The position numbers were made by a program, and so were the translations under genes. Below, in pieces: positions 1 to 9,089 of a stretch of DNA of 43,327 bases (positions within the stretch are counted from its first letter, which is position 1; each line of letters opens with the position of its first letter). The notes beneath the pieces were generated by a model. The model was not told the origin of the DNA. It made no database searches and saw nothing but the letters and a program-made list of their open reading frames with translations. Source of the DNA: a virus; IMG/VR virus record IMGVR_UViG_3300045988_005956, positions 1 through 43,327 of that record; one strand, written 5' to 3'.

Positions 1-99
1 ATTTCTCCGTTGGAACCAACCGCCGCAGTGCCGGTGATTCTCTCGCCGCCCGGCGTTACCGTAAGCGGCATACCTACGAAGCCGCCGCCTTCGCCGCCA
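1..99. repeat. Terminal direct repeat. Bases 1-99 are identical to 43229-43327 (overlap of a circularly closed contig).
   Basis: Direct comparison of the first and last 99 nt. The open reading frame continues seamlessly across the junction. Confidence 0.95.
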
Positions 100-509
100 A
101 GACCTGTCGCCTCGATTGCAGCGCCCTTGTATCTCTCTGCAAAAACAGCCGTTTTCTTCGTGCCTGCGTAATGATGCACGATAAGAATGTCCTGATTCGC
201 CAGAGCCGCCGCGTTCTGTTCCTTAACGGCGAGGTTCCAGATATGCGTAAGCGCAACATCTCCGGCATCGAGTTCGCACGGTTCAAAGTCCTGCGTAATG
301 ATGGGCTTTTTCATCGTGGTTCTGGTCGTGCCGATGATGTCCTTTTTGGAATCCTTCTGCCAGTCGTATTCCATGCTGGAATCCGTTACGCGCGTCCCAA
401 GCGGCGACCATACGGCGGCGGGATCAGTACCCGTATTCACACAAAGAATCAAAAGTTCTCTGTCTACAGGCTGCCCAGCAACGGTGTTAAAGGTCATATT
501 TTCTGCCAT
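1..509 (-). CDS. Major tail protein, N-terminal 169 codons. The gene crosses the window junction and its C-terminus lies at 43204-43327.
   Basis: ATG at 509-507 is preceded by GAGGTG. Translation MAENMTFNTVAGQPVDRELLILCVNTGTDPAAVWSPLG... stays open to base 1 and continues in frame at the other window end to TAA at 43206-43204. It sits between the tail-terminator-like gene and the tail chaperone genes. Confidence 0.75.
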   Translation of the reverse strand, partial: MAENMTFNTVAGQPVDRELLILCVNTGTDPAAVWSPLGTRVTDSSMEYDWQKDSKKDIIGTTRTTMKKPIITQDFEPCELDAGDVALTHIWNLAVKEQNAAALANQDILIVHHYAGTKKTAVFAERYKGAAIEATGLGGEGGGFVGMPLTVTPGGERITGTAAVGSNGE

Positions 510-511
510 AG

Positions 512-967
512 TTAAATCACCTCATATTTCATCTTCATTAAGATTTGATGGTCTTCCGAACCGTCCTTGTATGGGTAAAGTAACGCCGCGCGGCTGGATA
601 CATCCATGCGCCGGACGCGGATTCCATCGCCCAAAGACGGATAATTCTGCATCGCCCAGTCTCCGAATCGATTCAGCACTGCGTCCGCTTTCAGGCGCTT
701 GTCGTTGCTGCTGCCTGGGAAGATACGGGCGATAATTTTGAACTGGTATTCTGCTTCATGCCCGCCCAAGATGTATTTCTGTGTGATGTATGTGCCTGGA
801 ATCACGGACAGAGCCACGCTTGCAGAATCAGCGGCGAGGAACTCATAATTGATGGTTGCAGCCGGGAGATCGTCATCCGAAAACGAGTTTACCCAGACCA
901 TCATTTTTCTGGATATGTCCTGTTCTTCCTCGGAAGAAACAAGCTTTTTTTCTTTTTCAGAGCCCAT
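512..967 (-). CDS. Head-tail joining / tail terminator-like protein (minor capsid family by position)
   Basis: 151-aa ORF immediately upstream of the major tail gene in the siphovirus gene order. It is translationally packed with its neighbours. Confidence 0.5.
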   Translation of the reverse strand: MGSEKEKKLVSSEEEQDISRKMMVWVNSFSDDDLPAATINYEFLAADSASVALSVIPGTYITQKYILGGHEAEYQFKIIARIFPGSSNDKRLKADAVLNRFGDWAMQNYPSLGDGIRVRRMDVSSRAALLYPYKDGSEDHQILMKMKYEVI

Positions 968-1367
968 TTTTCACCGCCTTATCTGCAACTCGAATCCATT
1001 TGTCAAGGTTCTCAGCCTTTGAAGCCTCGAACCAGTGTGATTGTGCCTGCGCGTGTCCGGATGTCGTGAACACAAGGTTTTTGTCTGTCAGAACCTTCGT
1101 CCCGCCCTTTGGCGCGTATGTGCTTCCAGTCTCCGGGTCAACCATAACTTTCCCGTAATACAGAAACCGTGCATATGGCCCCGGATAGATGATCGCATTA
1201 CCGTCCACAAGTGTTCTCTGGTCGAGAGAGCCCGTCAGAAACGGCACATACGGGCTTGTGTCCTTTTTTACCTGTACAGCAACAATGTGTTCGGCTTTTG
1301 TGCAAGCCCGTGCTATAGCCTCCTGAAGCTCGTCAAAGCCATCGGTTTTCACACTGAATTTCAGCAT
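957..1367 (-). CDS. Head-tail joining protein (HK97 gp10-like / minor-capsid-2-like)
   Basis: 136-aa ORF MLKFSVKTDGFDELQEAIARA...GPYARFLYYG, which resembles the gp10-type tail attachment family. Synteny agrees. Confidence 0.55.
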   Translation of the reverse strand: MLKFSVKTDGFDELQEAIARACTKAEHIVAVQVKKDTSPYVPFLTGSLDQRTLVDGNAIIYPGPYARFLYYGKVMVDPETGSTYAPKGGTKVLTDKNLVFTTSGHAQAQSHWFEASKAENLDKWIRVADKAVKNGL

Positions 1368-1831
1368 TACGTGCCTCCGACCTGCCAGTGCTGCATAGAA
1401 GGACTGCCGAAGTCCTTCATGTCCACCTTTGTCACTTTGTACACATCGTCGTAAAACATCTCAATCTGTTCTTCCGTCTTGTCCGGCTCGACTACTTCAC
1501 CTTTCACAAAGAAGGTAGTGCCGCCGTTACCGTCCGTGGATAGCGTCCAGATTTTGCTTTTATCAGTTGCTCGCCAGAACTCTTGCGGTCCGACATAGCG
1601 CTTCTCCGCTCCTGTCACGCCGTCTACGGCTGGCGAGGAAAACGGAATGTACAGATTCACCGCGTCCGCTCCTTCAAGCCCGCTCGCGCGGACGTTGGCA
1701 GCTTTCGACGCTTGGAGCATTACGCCACGAATCACTGTGATATAGCGTTTCTGCGTGTCATTGAAATCCTGGTCTTGCTCCTGCGTGACGTTGTAGATTG
1801 TTACGGTGTGGGGGGCGTACATGCAAAACAC
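1367..1831 (-). CDS. Head closure-like protein
   Basis: 154-aa ORF between the connector/adaptor and the gp10-like gene. An alternative start lies at 1822. The call rests on synteny only. Confidence 0.5.
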   Translation of the reverse strand: MFCMYAPHTVTIYNVTQEQDQDFNDTQKRYITVIRGVMLQASKAANVRASGLEGADAVNLYIPFSSPAVDGVTGAEKRYVGPQEFWRATDKSKIWTLSTDGNGGTTFFVKGEVVEPDKTEEQIEMFYDDVYKVTKVDMKDFGSPSMQHWQVGGT

Positions 1832-2241
1832 CTGCCTCTGTAAAGAAGCCCGGTATGGGCTAGATATTCACGCGCTACGCTTGCAAGAGCCTTCTTCGCC
1901 TCCGAAGCCGCTTTCAATGCAGACACGGAAGAATCACCGCCGCTGCGAAGCGTCCGGGAATAGCCGCCTACAGTCTCGCTCTGCAATTCTCCTTCGTCAG
2001 ATGCAAGCCCGGCGGACACATTTTTTCTGGCAAGCTCCTGTGCCGTGTCGATCAGCATATACTGGTCGGCTAAGGCACAGCAGCACATTTTTACAGCATC
2101 CAGCTCTGCAAAATCCTTTGCTCGGTTTTGCGTGTAGTAGTCAAGGAAGGAACTGGCGCGTGTCGCCAATCTGCAAAAACTATCCGCGTCTACAGTTCCC
2201 ATGTAAGTATCGCAGTAGTATTCATAATCAGCGTAGATCAT
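1801..2241 (-). CDS. Head-tail connector/adaptor protein (gp6/gp15-like)
   Basis: The ATG at 2241 overlaps the TGA of the upstream 35-aa ORF (TGATG). The N-terminus MIYADYEYYCDTYMG... is typical of head-tail adaptor proteins, and the gene lies after the capsid gene. Confidence 0.55.
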   Translation of the reverse strand: MIYADYEYYCDTYMGTVDADSFCRLATRASSFLDYYTQNRAKDFAELDAVKMCCCALADQYMLIDTAQELARKNVSAGLASDEGELQSETVGGYSRTLRSGGDSSVSALKAASEAKKALASVAREYLAHTGLLYRGRCFACTPPTP

Positions 2242-2348
2242 CACTCCACCCCTTCCAGAACAGCCAGAATTTCAGCCTTTTTCATGGAACTGTTGACCCC
2301 TTCCACCCCGTTTTCCTCAGCATAATCGAGAAGCTGTGCTTTCGTCAT
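2241..2348 (-). CDS. Small HeH/Rho-N-terminal-like protein (35 aa), below the ORF-track cutoff
   Basis: The manual translation is MTKAQLLDYAEENGVEGVNSSMKKAEILAVLEGVE. This motif is common in small phage proteins that follow the capsid gene. The stop is coupled to the next start. Confidence 0.55.
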   Translation of the reverse strand: MTKAQLLDYAEENGVEGVNSSMKKAEILAVLEGVE

Positions 2349-2395
2349 GCCGGAAAACGTGGGCGGTTCAGAGGCAGGCGCTCTCAACAGTTCAT

Positions 2396-3262
2396 TTAAC
2401 CCCCCGCCGAGATCGTGCCGACTACGATGCCGTCCATGCGCTCTGCGAACAGCGCCATACCGTTGATAACGGTATCGGAGGCGGTCATGTTGGTGTAGTC
2501 CGGCTCCTCATGGATGCCGATATAGCCGGTTGCGTCGGTGGTGAAGTCAAACACTTCGCCAAGATCTGCGCCGTTCACGGGGATGTAATACAGAACAATG
2601 TTGTCCTTCGCCGTAGCGTAGATCTTACCCTTCGGAACACTGGAATTGAAGATTACAGTGCCAAGGCCGAGGAAGTTCTCCACGTAGGTCATTCCGAAAG
2701 CGGTCTGCAAGGTAATGTTCGCCGTTGCGAGGTAGTCTGCCACATCCAGAGGGTTCATGAAATAAACCGCACCGATCTCGTCGTCCTCGAACAGAACCTG
2801 CAACTGCCCCCACGCCTGCGCAAGGGTAGCCTGGAATGTCGTGCCCGTCGCCGTTCCTGTGCCGGTGGCGAGGAACGCAAAGAAGTCCTTCCGGATGCCC
2901 TTCTGCACGTCCTTGAGCATCTCGTCTGTGGTCATTTCCACCGCCTGATCGTAGCCACGGTCGGTGATAGCCTCAGCAGACGTTGCCTTTCTCCACTTCT
3001 TGAGCGTGATCTCCTGATAGTTCACGGCTTCCGTTTTGTACTTGCTCAGGGGAATGGTTTCACCTTCCGCCACGGCACCATCTTCCAGCGTGCCGGTAGC
3101 CTTGTAGCTCTTGAGCACGGTGCCAGCCTGCTTTGCGATTTTGCGGGTAACGCCAAGAGCCTCCATCAGCTTCTTGATGGAATAGCCGAACATTTCGGTA
3201 AATTCGATCTCGCGAACTCGCGCAAGATCAGCTTTTTTAATCAGCTTAGGATCAACAGCCAT
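2396..3262 (-). CDS. Major capsid protein
   Basis: 288-aa ORF directly downstream of the scaffold gene. Size and position are typical. Confidence 0.8.
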   Translation of the reverse strand: MAVDPKLIKKADLARVREIEFTEMFGYSIKKLMEALGVTRKIAKQAGTVLKSYKATGTLEDGAVAEGETIPLSKYKTEAVNYQEITLKKWRKATSAEAITDRGYDQAVEMTTDEMLKDVQKGIRKDFFAFLATGTGTATGTTFQATLAQAWGQLQVLFEDDEIGAVYFMNPLDVADYLATANITLQTAFGMTYVENFLGLGTVIFNSSVPKGKIYATAKDNIVLYYIPVNGADLGEVFDFTTDATGYIGIHEEPDYTNMTASDTVINGMALFAERMDGIVVGTISAGG

Positions 3263-3264
3263 AA

Positions 3265-3858
3265 TTAATCTTCCTTTCTAAACAAATCCATATTTGCGGC
3301 GATTGCAGCGCGCCGCTCCGCTCTGTCAGTGATTTGCATGATATCGTCTTTCGTCATCGCCTTGCCGCCGTCGTTGAGACGTGCGCCCATGTCCACACGG
3401 ACAGAAGGCTTGGATACAAGTCCTTTATAAGTTCCTTCGATAAGTGCATCGAGGCTCTTTGTGTCCTTGATTTTCTCACCGTCCATCTCCAATGCGGTCA
3501 TTTCCTCGCCGCAGCCGCGCATGGCAAGATCGAGATTTGCGCCTGTGATATTTTTGCTTTCAAAGTAAGCCCGAACAGCCTTTTCCTTTGCCGCCTTGCT
3601 TTCCTTTGCTGTGATGCCGGATTTATATGCTTCGAAGTCCGAGTGTTCTTTTTCGTACTTCTCCTTATATCCGCCATCGCCCGCCGCCTTGAGGTCTTCC
3701 AACTGCTTTTGAACGCCGGGCAGTTTCTCCGCATCAGCCTTGTACTTGCTGACATCAGCCTTCAAGCCGTCTACGGTATCGGTATGTGCTTCAATGATGG
3801 TGTCCACCTGTTCGTCGGTGAGTCCCATGCCTTTCATTAATTTTCTGGTCAGTGCCAT
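3265..3858 (-). CDS. Scaffolding protein
   Basis: 197-aa charged, K/E/A-rich, helical-looking protein between the morphogenesis gene and the capsid gene. Confidence 0.7.
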   Translation of the reverse strand: MALTRKLMKGMGLTDEQVDTIIEAHTDTVDGLKADVSKYKADAEKLPGVQKQLEDLKAAGDGGYKEKYEKEHSDFEAYKSGITAKESKAAKEKAVRAYFESKNITGANLDLAMRGCGEEMTALEMDGEKIKDTKSLDALIEGTYKGLVSKPSVRVDMGARLNDGGKAMTKDDIMQITDRAERRAAIAANMDLFRKED

Positions 3859-3943
3859 TTCTATCTTCCTTTCCTTTGTCCGCAGTTCGTCGCGGCGATA
3901 GATTGTATAAAAACCGCAGTGCTTCGCGGGTTTTACCTGTAAA

Positions 3944-5134
3944 TTATTTGTAGAAAACTTTTGTCCTTTCTGGTTGCTCCGGCAATCCTGCCGCCTTGCT
4001 GAACCTGCTATATTCTGCGTTCAGCCGCCGAAGCTTTATGTTCGCGGCGGTCGCGTCCTCGGAAAGCCCAGCTTCTTTGTATGCGTTTCTAAGCTTTTTC
4101 TGCGCGCGGATTTGACGCTCTATGCGGCGCTGCATCTGCGTCGCTTCATAGGCTGTGTAAGTTTTTCCATCAAACGTGCAGCCAAGACCATCGTCGATAT
4201 GCTTGAGCTGTTCGTCTGTGTAAGTTCGCTCCGAAACGCCGGGAATAAATGGATATTTGTGATGGCGGCAGTTCGCGCCGGTCAGGCCATCAACATATCC
4301 ATAGCCGGTAGTCTCCACAAGGTCATCGTAAAGCCCCAGCGGGTCAGGTTCGCCGTTTTCGCTCTGGTAATAAACTTTGCCTTGCCACTCTTTGTGTGAA
4401 GACCACGGCGAAGCGCCCGGCTTGTCACGCGCCCCAGAGTGCGCAGACACTTCAAAGTATCTCGTATCAAGGTACTCTGCGCTTTGGTTCGTGTACTGGT
4501 CGCAGATCTGATTCACGCCGGTCATGACGGCTCTCCGAACAGCAACGTCGATGTGGTCAACGTGTCCGCTTTCGTAATTCACAACTTTCAGACCGCCTGC
4601 AAGCTGCTGAACAGCAGACTTGATCGCCTGATTGTAGCTGATTGCCCCACTCTGAATCTGCATGACAGCAGAATCTAACGCCCACTGATATGCACGCGCG
4701 GGTGGAAGCATCGTTCTGCCTTTGTCCACCAGAAACCCCATAGACTGTGTGATGTTATGAAATTCGTCAAGCGTCTGCGCTCTGATTGCTTCGATTGTCG
4801 CAGCGTTCACCAGAATATCAGGCTGTGTCAGCCCTGCCATGTCGATAACCGATGTGAAATACTTCTGGTTTCTGGCAACAACGTCACCGAAAAGCTCCTT
4901 GAGCTTCTTCTCGCTAATTCCAGAGGTCTTGCGGATTGCTTTTTCAATCTCCTTCGTGCCGATACCATGCGAACGAAGCGCTCTGATTGCCTGAACAGTC
5001 ACTTCGTTCAGCTGGTCTTTCAGCGCAAGCCTACTGCATATTTCATCGAGAAGCGTATCTTCCAATCCTCGGAACAGTTCTGCCAGTTCTTCCGGCAGCG
5101 CGTCAAGGACTTCCGGATGAAACGGATATTTCAT
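3944..5134 (-). CDS. Head morphogenesis protein (SPP1 gp7 / Mu F-like minor capsid protein)
   Basis: 396-aa ORF with ...EVSAHSGARDKPGASPWSSHKEWQGKVYY...GANCRHH..., which is typical of the Mu F/gp7 family. It lies downstream of the portal gene. Confidence 0.75.
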   Translation of the reverse strand: MKYPFHPEVLDALPEELAELFRGLEDTLLDEICSRLALKDQLNEVTVQAIRALRSHGIGTKEIEKAIRKTSGISEKKLKELFGDVVARNQKYFTSVIDMAGLTQPDILVNAATIEAIRAQTLDEFHNITQSMGFLVDKGRTMLPPARAYQWALDSAVMQIQSGAISYNQAIKSAVQQLAGGLKVVNYESGHVDHIDVAVRRAVMTGVNQICDQYTNQSAEYLDTRYFEVSAHSGARDKPGASPWSSHKEWQGKVYYQSENGEPDPLGLYDDLVETTGYGYVDGLTGANCRHHKYPFIPGVSERTYTDEQLKHIDDGLGCTFDGKTYTAYEATQMQRRIERQIRAQKKLRNAYKEAGLSEDATAANIKLRRLNAEYSRFSKAAGLPEQPERTKVFYK

Positions 5135-5501
5135 TTGCTTTCCTCCGTTTCACAATATCATCGTAATGCGGTTTTACCCGTATCACGTTCCAGTCGCATT
5201 CTTCCGGTACTCTGCCGTAAAATATCACCCATTCCGGAGATAGCCGCTTCATCATTTCCTCGTATCCGCGCAGGAACAGGCGTTTGCTATCCTTGTTTGC
5301 CTGCGTCCCAACCGAAGAAACCGCCACTATGCCGCCGACAGGCTCGCCATCGAAGCACCAATCATAGCTCCTCTCATCGCTCCATGAGATCGTCGGGTAA
5401 ACCGTCATCCCGTGCATCTGCCAGTATGCCGCTAACCAGTGCTTGCGGTAATGGTTGTATAATACCGGCTCCGCCGCCTCCAGCGCCTCCAGAACTTCCA
5501 C
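5103..5501 (-). CDS. DUF4417-like protein, N-terminally short, with a GTG start
   Basis: YRKHWLAAYWQMHGMTVYPTISWSDERSYDWCFDGEPVGGIVAVSSVG matches my recollection of the DUF4417 core. Only about 17 aa precede the core. It is wedged between the portal and morphogenesis genes. Confidence 0.5.
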   Translation of the reverse strand: MEVLEALEAAEPVLYNHYRKHWLAAYWQMHGMTVYPTISWSDERSYDWCFDGEPVGGIVAVSSVGTQANKDSKRLFLRGYEEMMKRLSPEWVIFYGRVPEECDWNVIRVKPHYDDIVKRRKANEISVSSGSP

Positions 5502-5510
5502 GGCCTCCCA

Positions 5511-6914
5511 TCACTCCACCTCCTGCTGCTGTTCAGTTACCATGTCCTGCGCCTTTGGGATTGCAGCCTTTGCGGTTGCCTCGTCCTCGTTCATCCAGCG
5601 CATACGGAACTCCCAGTCGTTCATAATCCCAGCGTCCAGCAGTTGCATATCTCGCAGGAAGTCCGTCTGCTTGTCCTCGATGATAGAATCGTCAAAGTCA
5701 ATAGAAATCTGTACTTCCTCATTCAGGCCAGCTTCCATGTACCTGTTCCCCATGCGGAGCAGCGTCCTGCAAAGATCTGTGATTGCCTGTTCAAGCAAAA
5801 TCTCATGCTTCTTGATCGTTCGGAACATGGTGCTGTTCTCGCTGATAACCTGCGTCGCTGTAGCAATACTTCCCTGATCGAATTTGTAATGATTCTCACC
5901 GAAGCCGCACTTGCTGGAAAGAATATTCAGCATATCCTGCATACCGGTGTTGAACTCCTCGGTACGAAGCGTCATGTCAACAGACTGCAAGATGTTCCCG
6001 TTGTTCGCCCTGTCTTCCGGCAAAACGTAATACACAGTCTCACGTTTATCAAAGACCGGTCTTCCGTTCACGTCCCGAGTTGCTTCCGGCTGCACTACAA
6101 TGCGCTTTTTGCCAAGAACAAACTCATTCACATAGCTGTCATACGTAATATCAACGCTCTTGAGCTGGTCAATGGCATATGCAAACACAGCCACACCAAG
6201 CGGATTATTTTCATCGGTGTTCGCGATATTCAGTCTGTCAATGACAAACTGAGGCTTGTCGCTCCCTGTATGTACAACAGGAGGGATTGTTTCAAAGCCC
6301 TTTACACTGGTCAGAGGGACTTCTTCGGAATCATACAAATGGTTCTCGATGTCGTACTCGCCGCCGTTCAGCCTGTGAACTTGAATGTATGTGTACTCTG
6401 TATCGTCCACCTTTTTTGTAGAGGCGAACGCACACTCTCTGATGATTCCATTGTCCCATGTCAGGGGATAAATGTTCGTCGCGCTGACATAGTTGATACG
6501 AATGCGCCCAGAATCAGCAATTTCGGAAGTGTCCGGATTGATGAACATTCCCTCAATGACCGGAACATACGCTATCGTTCCAAGCGCTGCCTTTCGCTCC
6601 TGCGATTCGTTCGCCTTGATCTCCCAGTTGTTTTCCGAGAGAATCGTGTCTACGAACTCCTGCTCCTTCTTCCCCTCGAGCGTGATGTTTACCCGCTCGT
6701 TCATCAGAAGGTTTGCCCAGTCCTCGCATACCTTTTTCGCCATGCTTACGGAATATCTGTGGCATTCCAATTCTTCAATGCCATTCCATACCGTGTAACT
6801 GTGGAAGTCCTCGACATTCCCTTTGTACCAGTCTCCCCACACTCCGATCAGCTTGTAGAAATCGAGATCAACGGTATCGAATCCCATCTCCTTTAATGCT
6901 CTGCGTATGTTCAC
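5511..6914 (-). CDS. Portal protein (SPP1 gp6-like)
   Basis: 467-aa ORF immediately after TerL. Size and position fit a portal protein. Confidence 0.85.
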   Translation of the reverse strand: MNIRRALKEMGFDTVDLDFYKLIGVWGDWYKGNVEDFHSYTVWNGIEELECHRYSVSMAKKVCEDWANLLMNERVNITLEGKKEQEFVDTILSENNWEIKANESQERKAALGTIAYVPVIEGMFINPDTSEIADSGRIRINYVSATNIYPLTWDNGIIRECAFASTKKVDDTEYTYIQVHRLNGGEYDIENHLYDSEEVPLTSVKGFETIPPVVHTGSDKPQFVIDRLNIANTDENNPLGVAVFAYAIDQLKSVDITYDSYVNEFVLGKKRIVVQPEATRDVNGRPVFDKRETVYYVLPEDRANNGNILQSVDMTLRTEEFNTGMQDMLNILSSKCGFGENHYKFDQGSIATATQVISENSTMFRTIKKHEILLEQAITDLCRTLLRMGNRYMEAGLNEEVQISIDFDDSIIEDKQTDFLRDMQLLDAGIMNDWEFRMRWMNEDEATAKAAIPKAQDMVTEQQQEVE

Positions 6915-6918
6915 TCTT

Positions 6919-8199
6919 TCACCGTCCTATCGTATGCCCGGCGCGTTCCAGGTCTTTGTAATATGGCTCTATGCTGTACTCAAACGCATCGAGGCTGTCA
7001 ATATCGGATGTCCCATCGTCAAGTCGCTCGTCCTCGAACTTATCCGGGTCATAAATTGCTGATTGGAACGCATCGATCAAATGCGGGCAGTTCCGCGAAA
7101 CCTTGAGCCTGCCTTGCTTCATCAGCAGCACAACCAGTCTGATTCTGTCTGTGATCTGCATTTTCAGCGCGTTCTTGACCTGTGTCCCAAGATTCTGCTT
7201 CTGTGCCGTATGATCTAGCCCACGAATCAAAACCGTTTCCGCGCTGTCTGCCCGCGTCTGGCTGTATCCGTATTTCGATGTTATCAGCTTGCAAAACGTA
7301 GCAAACCGCCTGTTCAGCGCGTCAGGGTCGATCTCTTCGTTCTTGATGTATTCCTCTTCCAGTGCGACCACGCGATAGTCTTTTGTGATTCCAGTCGCTT
7401 GAAACTTCGTTGCAGACTTCGTGCCGCCGAAGTCAACGCCGATGGAAATAACGGAAAACTTTGTATCGTTTTCTTCCACCCATTTGATAGGGTCGTCAAT
7501 CAGATACTTTTCCGTGTCGTTGGCAAAGTCCTTGTAAACAATTCCCTCCGCAGCTACCCACAGCCCACGCACATAGCGGTCGTAGAATATCCCGGCGTAC
7601 ATGTTCTCATAGCGCTCAAGCGTCCTTTCGCTCAAGCCGGGGTTATCCCGCATTTCGAAATGTAGGTAAAGCGTGTTCCGTTCTCTATGCCGCTTTATCC
7701 ATTCCTGATAGAACCAGTGGTGAGGGCTTCCGGGGTTGCAAGAGAACCACAGCTTTGCACCGTCCACAGAGCAACGCGCAAGTGCCTGCTCCACAAAAGA
7801 GCGGGGCATAAGTACAACTTCGTCCAGCAGCACGCCAGCTAACGTTCTGCCTTGAATCAGCGTATAGCTTGCCTCATCCTTGCCGCCGAAAACTTCAAAA
7901 TAGTTCGTCACAGCACCGCGTCGCACTTCCATGACCTTATCGCCGCGCCGCCATCGGACGATATAGCGCTCCTTCGCAAGGCTCATCGCCGTAAACGGTA
8001 CAATGATGTTCTTTGTGCAGCTATCAACCGTGCGGCCACACACACCAAAGCGCTGCCCGCTGAAATTCTCCATCGCCCAGCGTACAAATGCCCACATCAT
8101 GATGGAGGTCTTACCGGAACGCACAGCGCCGTCGCAGATCAGCGCGTCATACTTGGAATAGGGGAATGCAAGGATTTTCTGCTGTTTTGGGCTAATCAT
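6919..8199 (-). CDS. terL: Terminase large subunit (PBSX/Terminase_3-like, headful type)
   Basis: It has the Walker A motif CDGAVRSGKTS near the N-terminus and is about 426 aa long. The ATG at 8199 has a GGGGAG RBS, and the track also offers 8226. Confidence 0.9.
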   Translation of the reverse strand: MISPKQQKILAFPYSKYDALICDGAVRSGKTSIMMWAFVRWAMENFSGQRFGVCGRTVDSCTKNIIVPFTAMSLAKERYIVRWRRGDKVMEVRRGAVTNYFEVFGGKDEASYTLIQGRTLAGVLLDEVVLMPRSFVEQALARCSVDGAKLWFSCNPGSPHHWFYQEWIKRHRERNTLYLHFEMRDNPGLSERTLERYENMYAGIFYDRYVRGLWVAAEGIVYKDFANDTEKYLIDDPIKWVEENDTKFSVISIGVDFGGTKSATKFQATGITKDYRVVALEEEYIKNEEIDPDALNRRFATFCKLITSKYGYSQTRADSAETVLIRGLDHTAQKQNLGTQVKNALKMQITDRIRLVVLLMKQGRLKVSRNCPHLIDAFQSAIYDPDKFEDERLDDGTSDIDSLDAFEYSIEPYYKDLERAGHTIGR

Positions 8200-8614
8200 C
8201 GCTCCCCAACCCTTCTGCCATTTCACGCAAGCTCTGACTCAGAGCGTCTTCCTTAATCGTATCTGATGGATTTCCCCCAATCATCGCCCATTTGTCGATC
8301 AGCGTCCCCATCGCCGTTGTAATCTGGCTGAGGTTTGCAGCCGCGAGTTTATCAGGGTCATTTAGCATCTCAAGCCCTTTCCCAATGAAAGAACATACAA
8401 GCTCTTTTCGGGAGTCCATGTACGCGAGAATATCTGCTGTGTTTTCTTCTTTTTTTCGTCTGCACATCTCTGCAATATCTGCATTATTGTGCACAATCTT
8501 CTTTACGGTGTTCGGGGAGCAGCCGTTAAGCTTTGCCACAGCGTTACAGCTTCCGAGCTGGGCATAGTCGGCAACTATTTTCTTTTTTTGCCGATCTGTC
8601 AACCTCGCAGCCAT
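8192..8614 (-). CDS. terS: Terminase small subunit
   Basis: The N-terminus is HTH-like: MAARLTDRQKKKIVADYAQLGSCNAVAKLNGCSPNTVKKIV. It overlaps the terL start, and its own RBS is GAGGTGG. Confidence 0.7.
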   Translation of the reverse strand: MAARLTDRQKKKIVADYAQLGSCNAVAKLNGCSPNTVKKIVHNNADIAEMCRRKKEENTADILAYMDSRKELVCSFIGKGLEMLNDPDKLAAANLSQITTAMGTLIDKWAMIGGNPSDTIKEDALSQSLREMAEGLGSDD

Positions 8615-8646
8615 AATCACCACCTCGAAATAGTTATCCTTTTCAC

Positions 8647-8676
8647 GCTCCACCGGATTGCGGTTTCCGGTGGAGC
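8647..8676 (-). promoter_or_regulatory. 10-bp-stem hairpin (GCTCCACCGG ... CCGGTGGAGC) in the 156-nt leader upstream of terS
   Basis: The inverted repeat is seen directly, and no T-tract follows it on either strand. Its role (late leader, pac-related or regulator target) is unknown. Confidence 0.35.
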
Positions 8677-8770
8677 TAAGAAAAAGGAGGTTCCGCAGTA
8701 CGCTGCGTAGCCGTTGAAAAGGATGAGAACGCAGAGGATACACCTCTACGCTCTCAACGATACACTATGT

Positions 8771-9085
8771 TTAAGGCTCTCTTACGCAAACTTTTGAATA
8801 TAAACCACGTTTTTCTGCCACCAAGTAGATAAACTGCCTATGCCATTCCTGAGCGGTACGCTCCGAAACATATACCACCATCGCAGCGCCCTGTAAGGTG
8901 TGTGTACGCTTCCAAAGAACCAAATCTATGAGCCGGAGGCGTTCCGCCCCGTCGGGAAGCTGCTTTGTTTCCTCGACGGCAGCATCTACCGCGTCGATTT
9001 CCTCGCGCGTCATAAGCGTACCGCTTTTGTAACTTCGTATCATCCACTTCGCATACCCCCACCACCCATAGCGCGGTTTGCTCAC
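8771..9085 (-). CDS. Late-gene transcriptional activator-like protein (RinA/ArpU/sigma region 4-like HTH)
   Basis: The C-terminal HTH is VSERTAQEWHRQFIYLVAEKRGL. It occupies the classical position immediately upstream of terS. Confidence 0.5.
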   Translation of the reverse strand: MSKPRYGWWGYAKWMIRSYKSGTLMTREEIDAVDAAVEETKQLPDGAERLRLIDLVLWKRTHTLQGAAMVVYVSERTAQEWHRQFIYLVAEKRGLYSKVCVREP

Positions 9086-9089
9086 CGTA

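Noticed and set aside
1-99. The 99-bp terminal repeat as a genuine physical DTR or cos end
   Set aside because: - The repeat falls in the middle of the major tail gene.
- TerL looks like a headful type.
- An exact short overlap is what assemblers leave on circular contigs.
74-515. ORFs 74-286 (-) and 171-515 (+) from the track
   Set aside because: Both overlap the edge-truncated major tail gene (1-509, minus strand), which the track missed because the gene runs off the window. Their translations are not protein-like.
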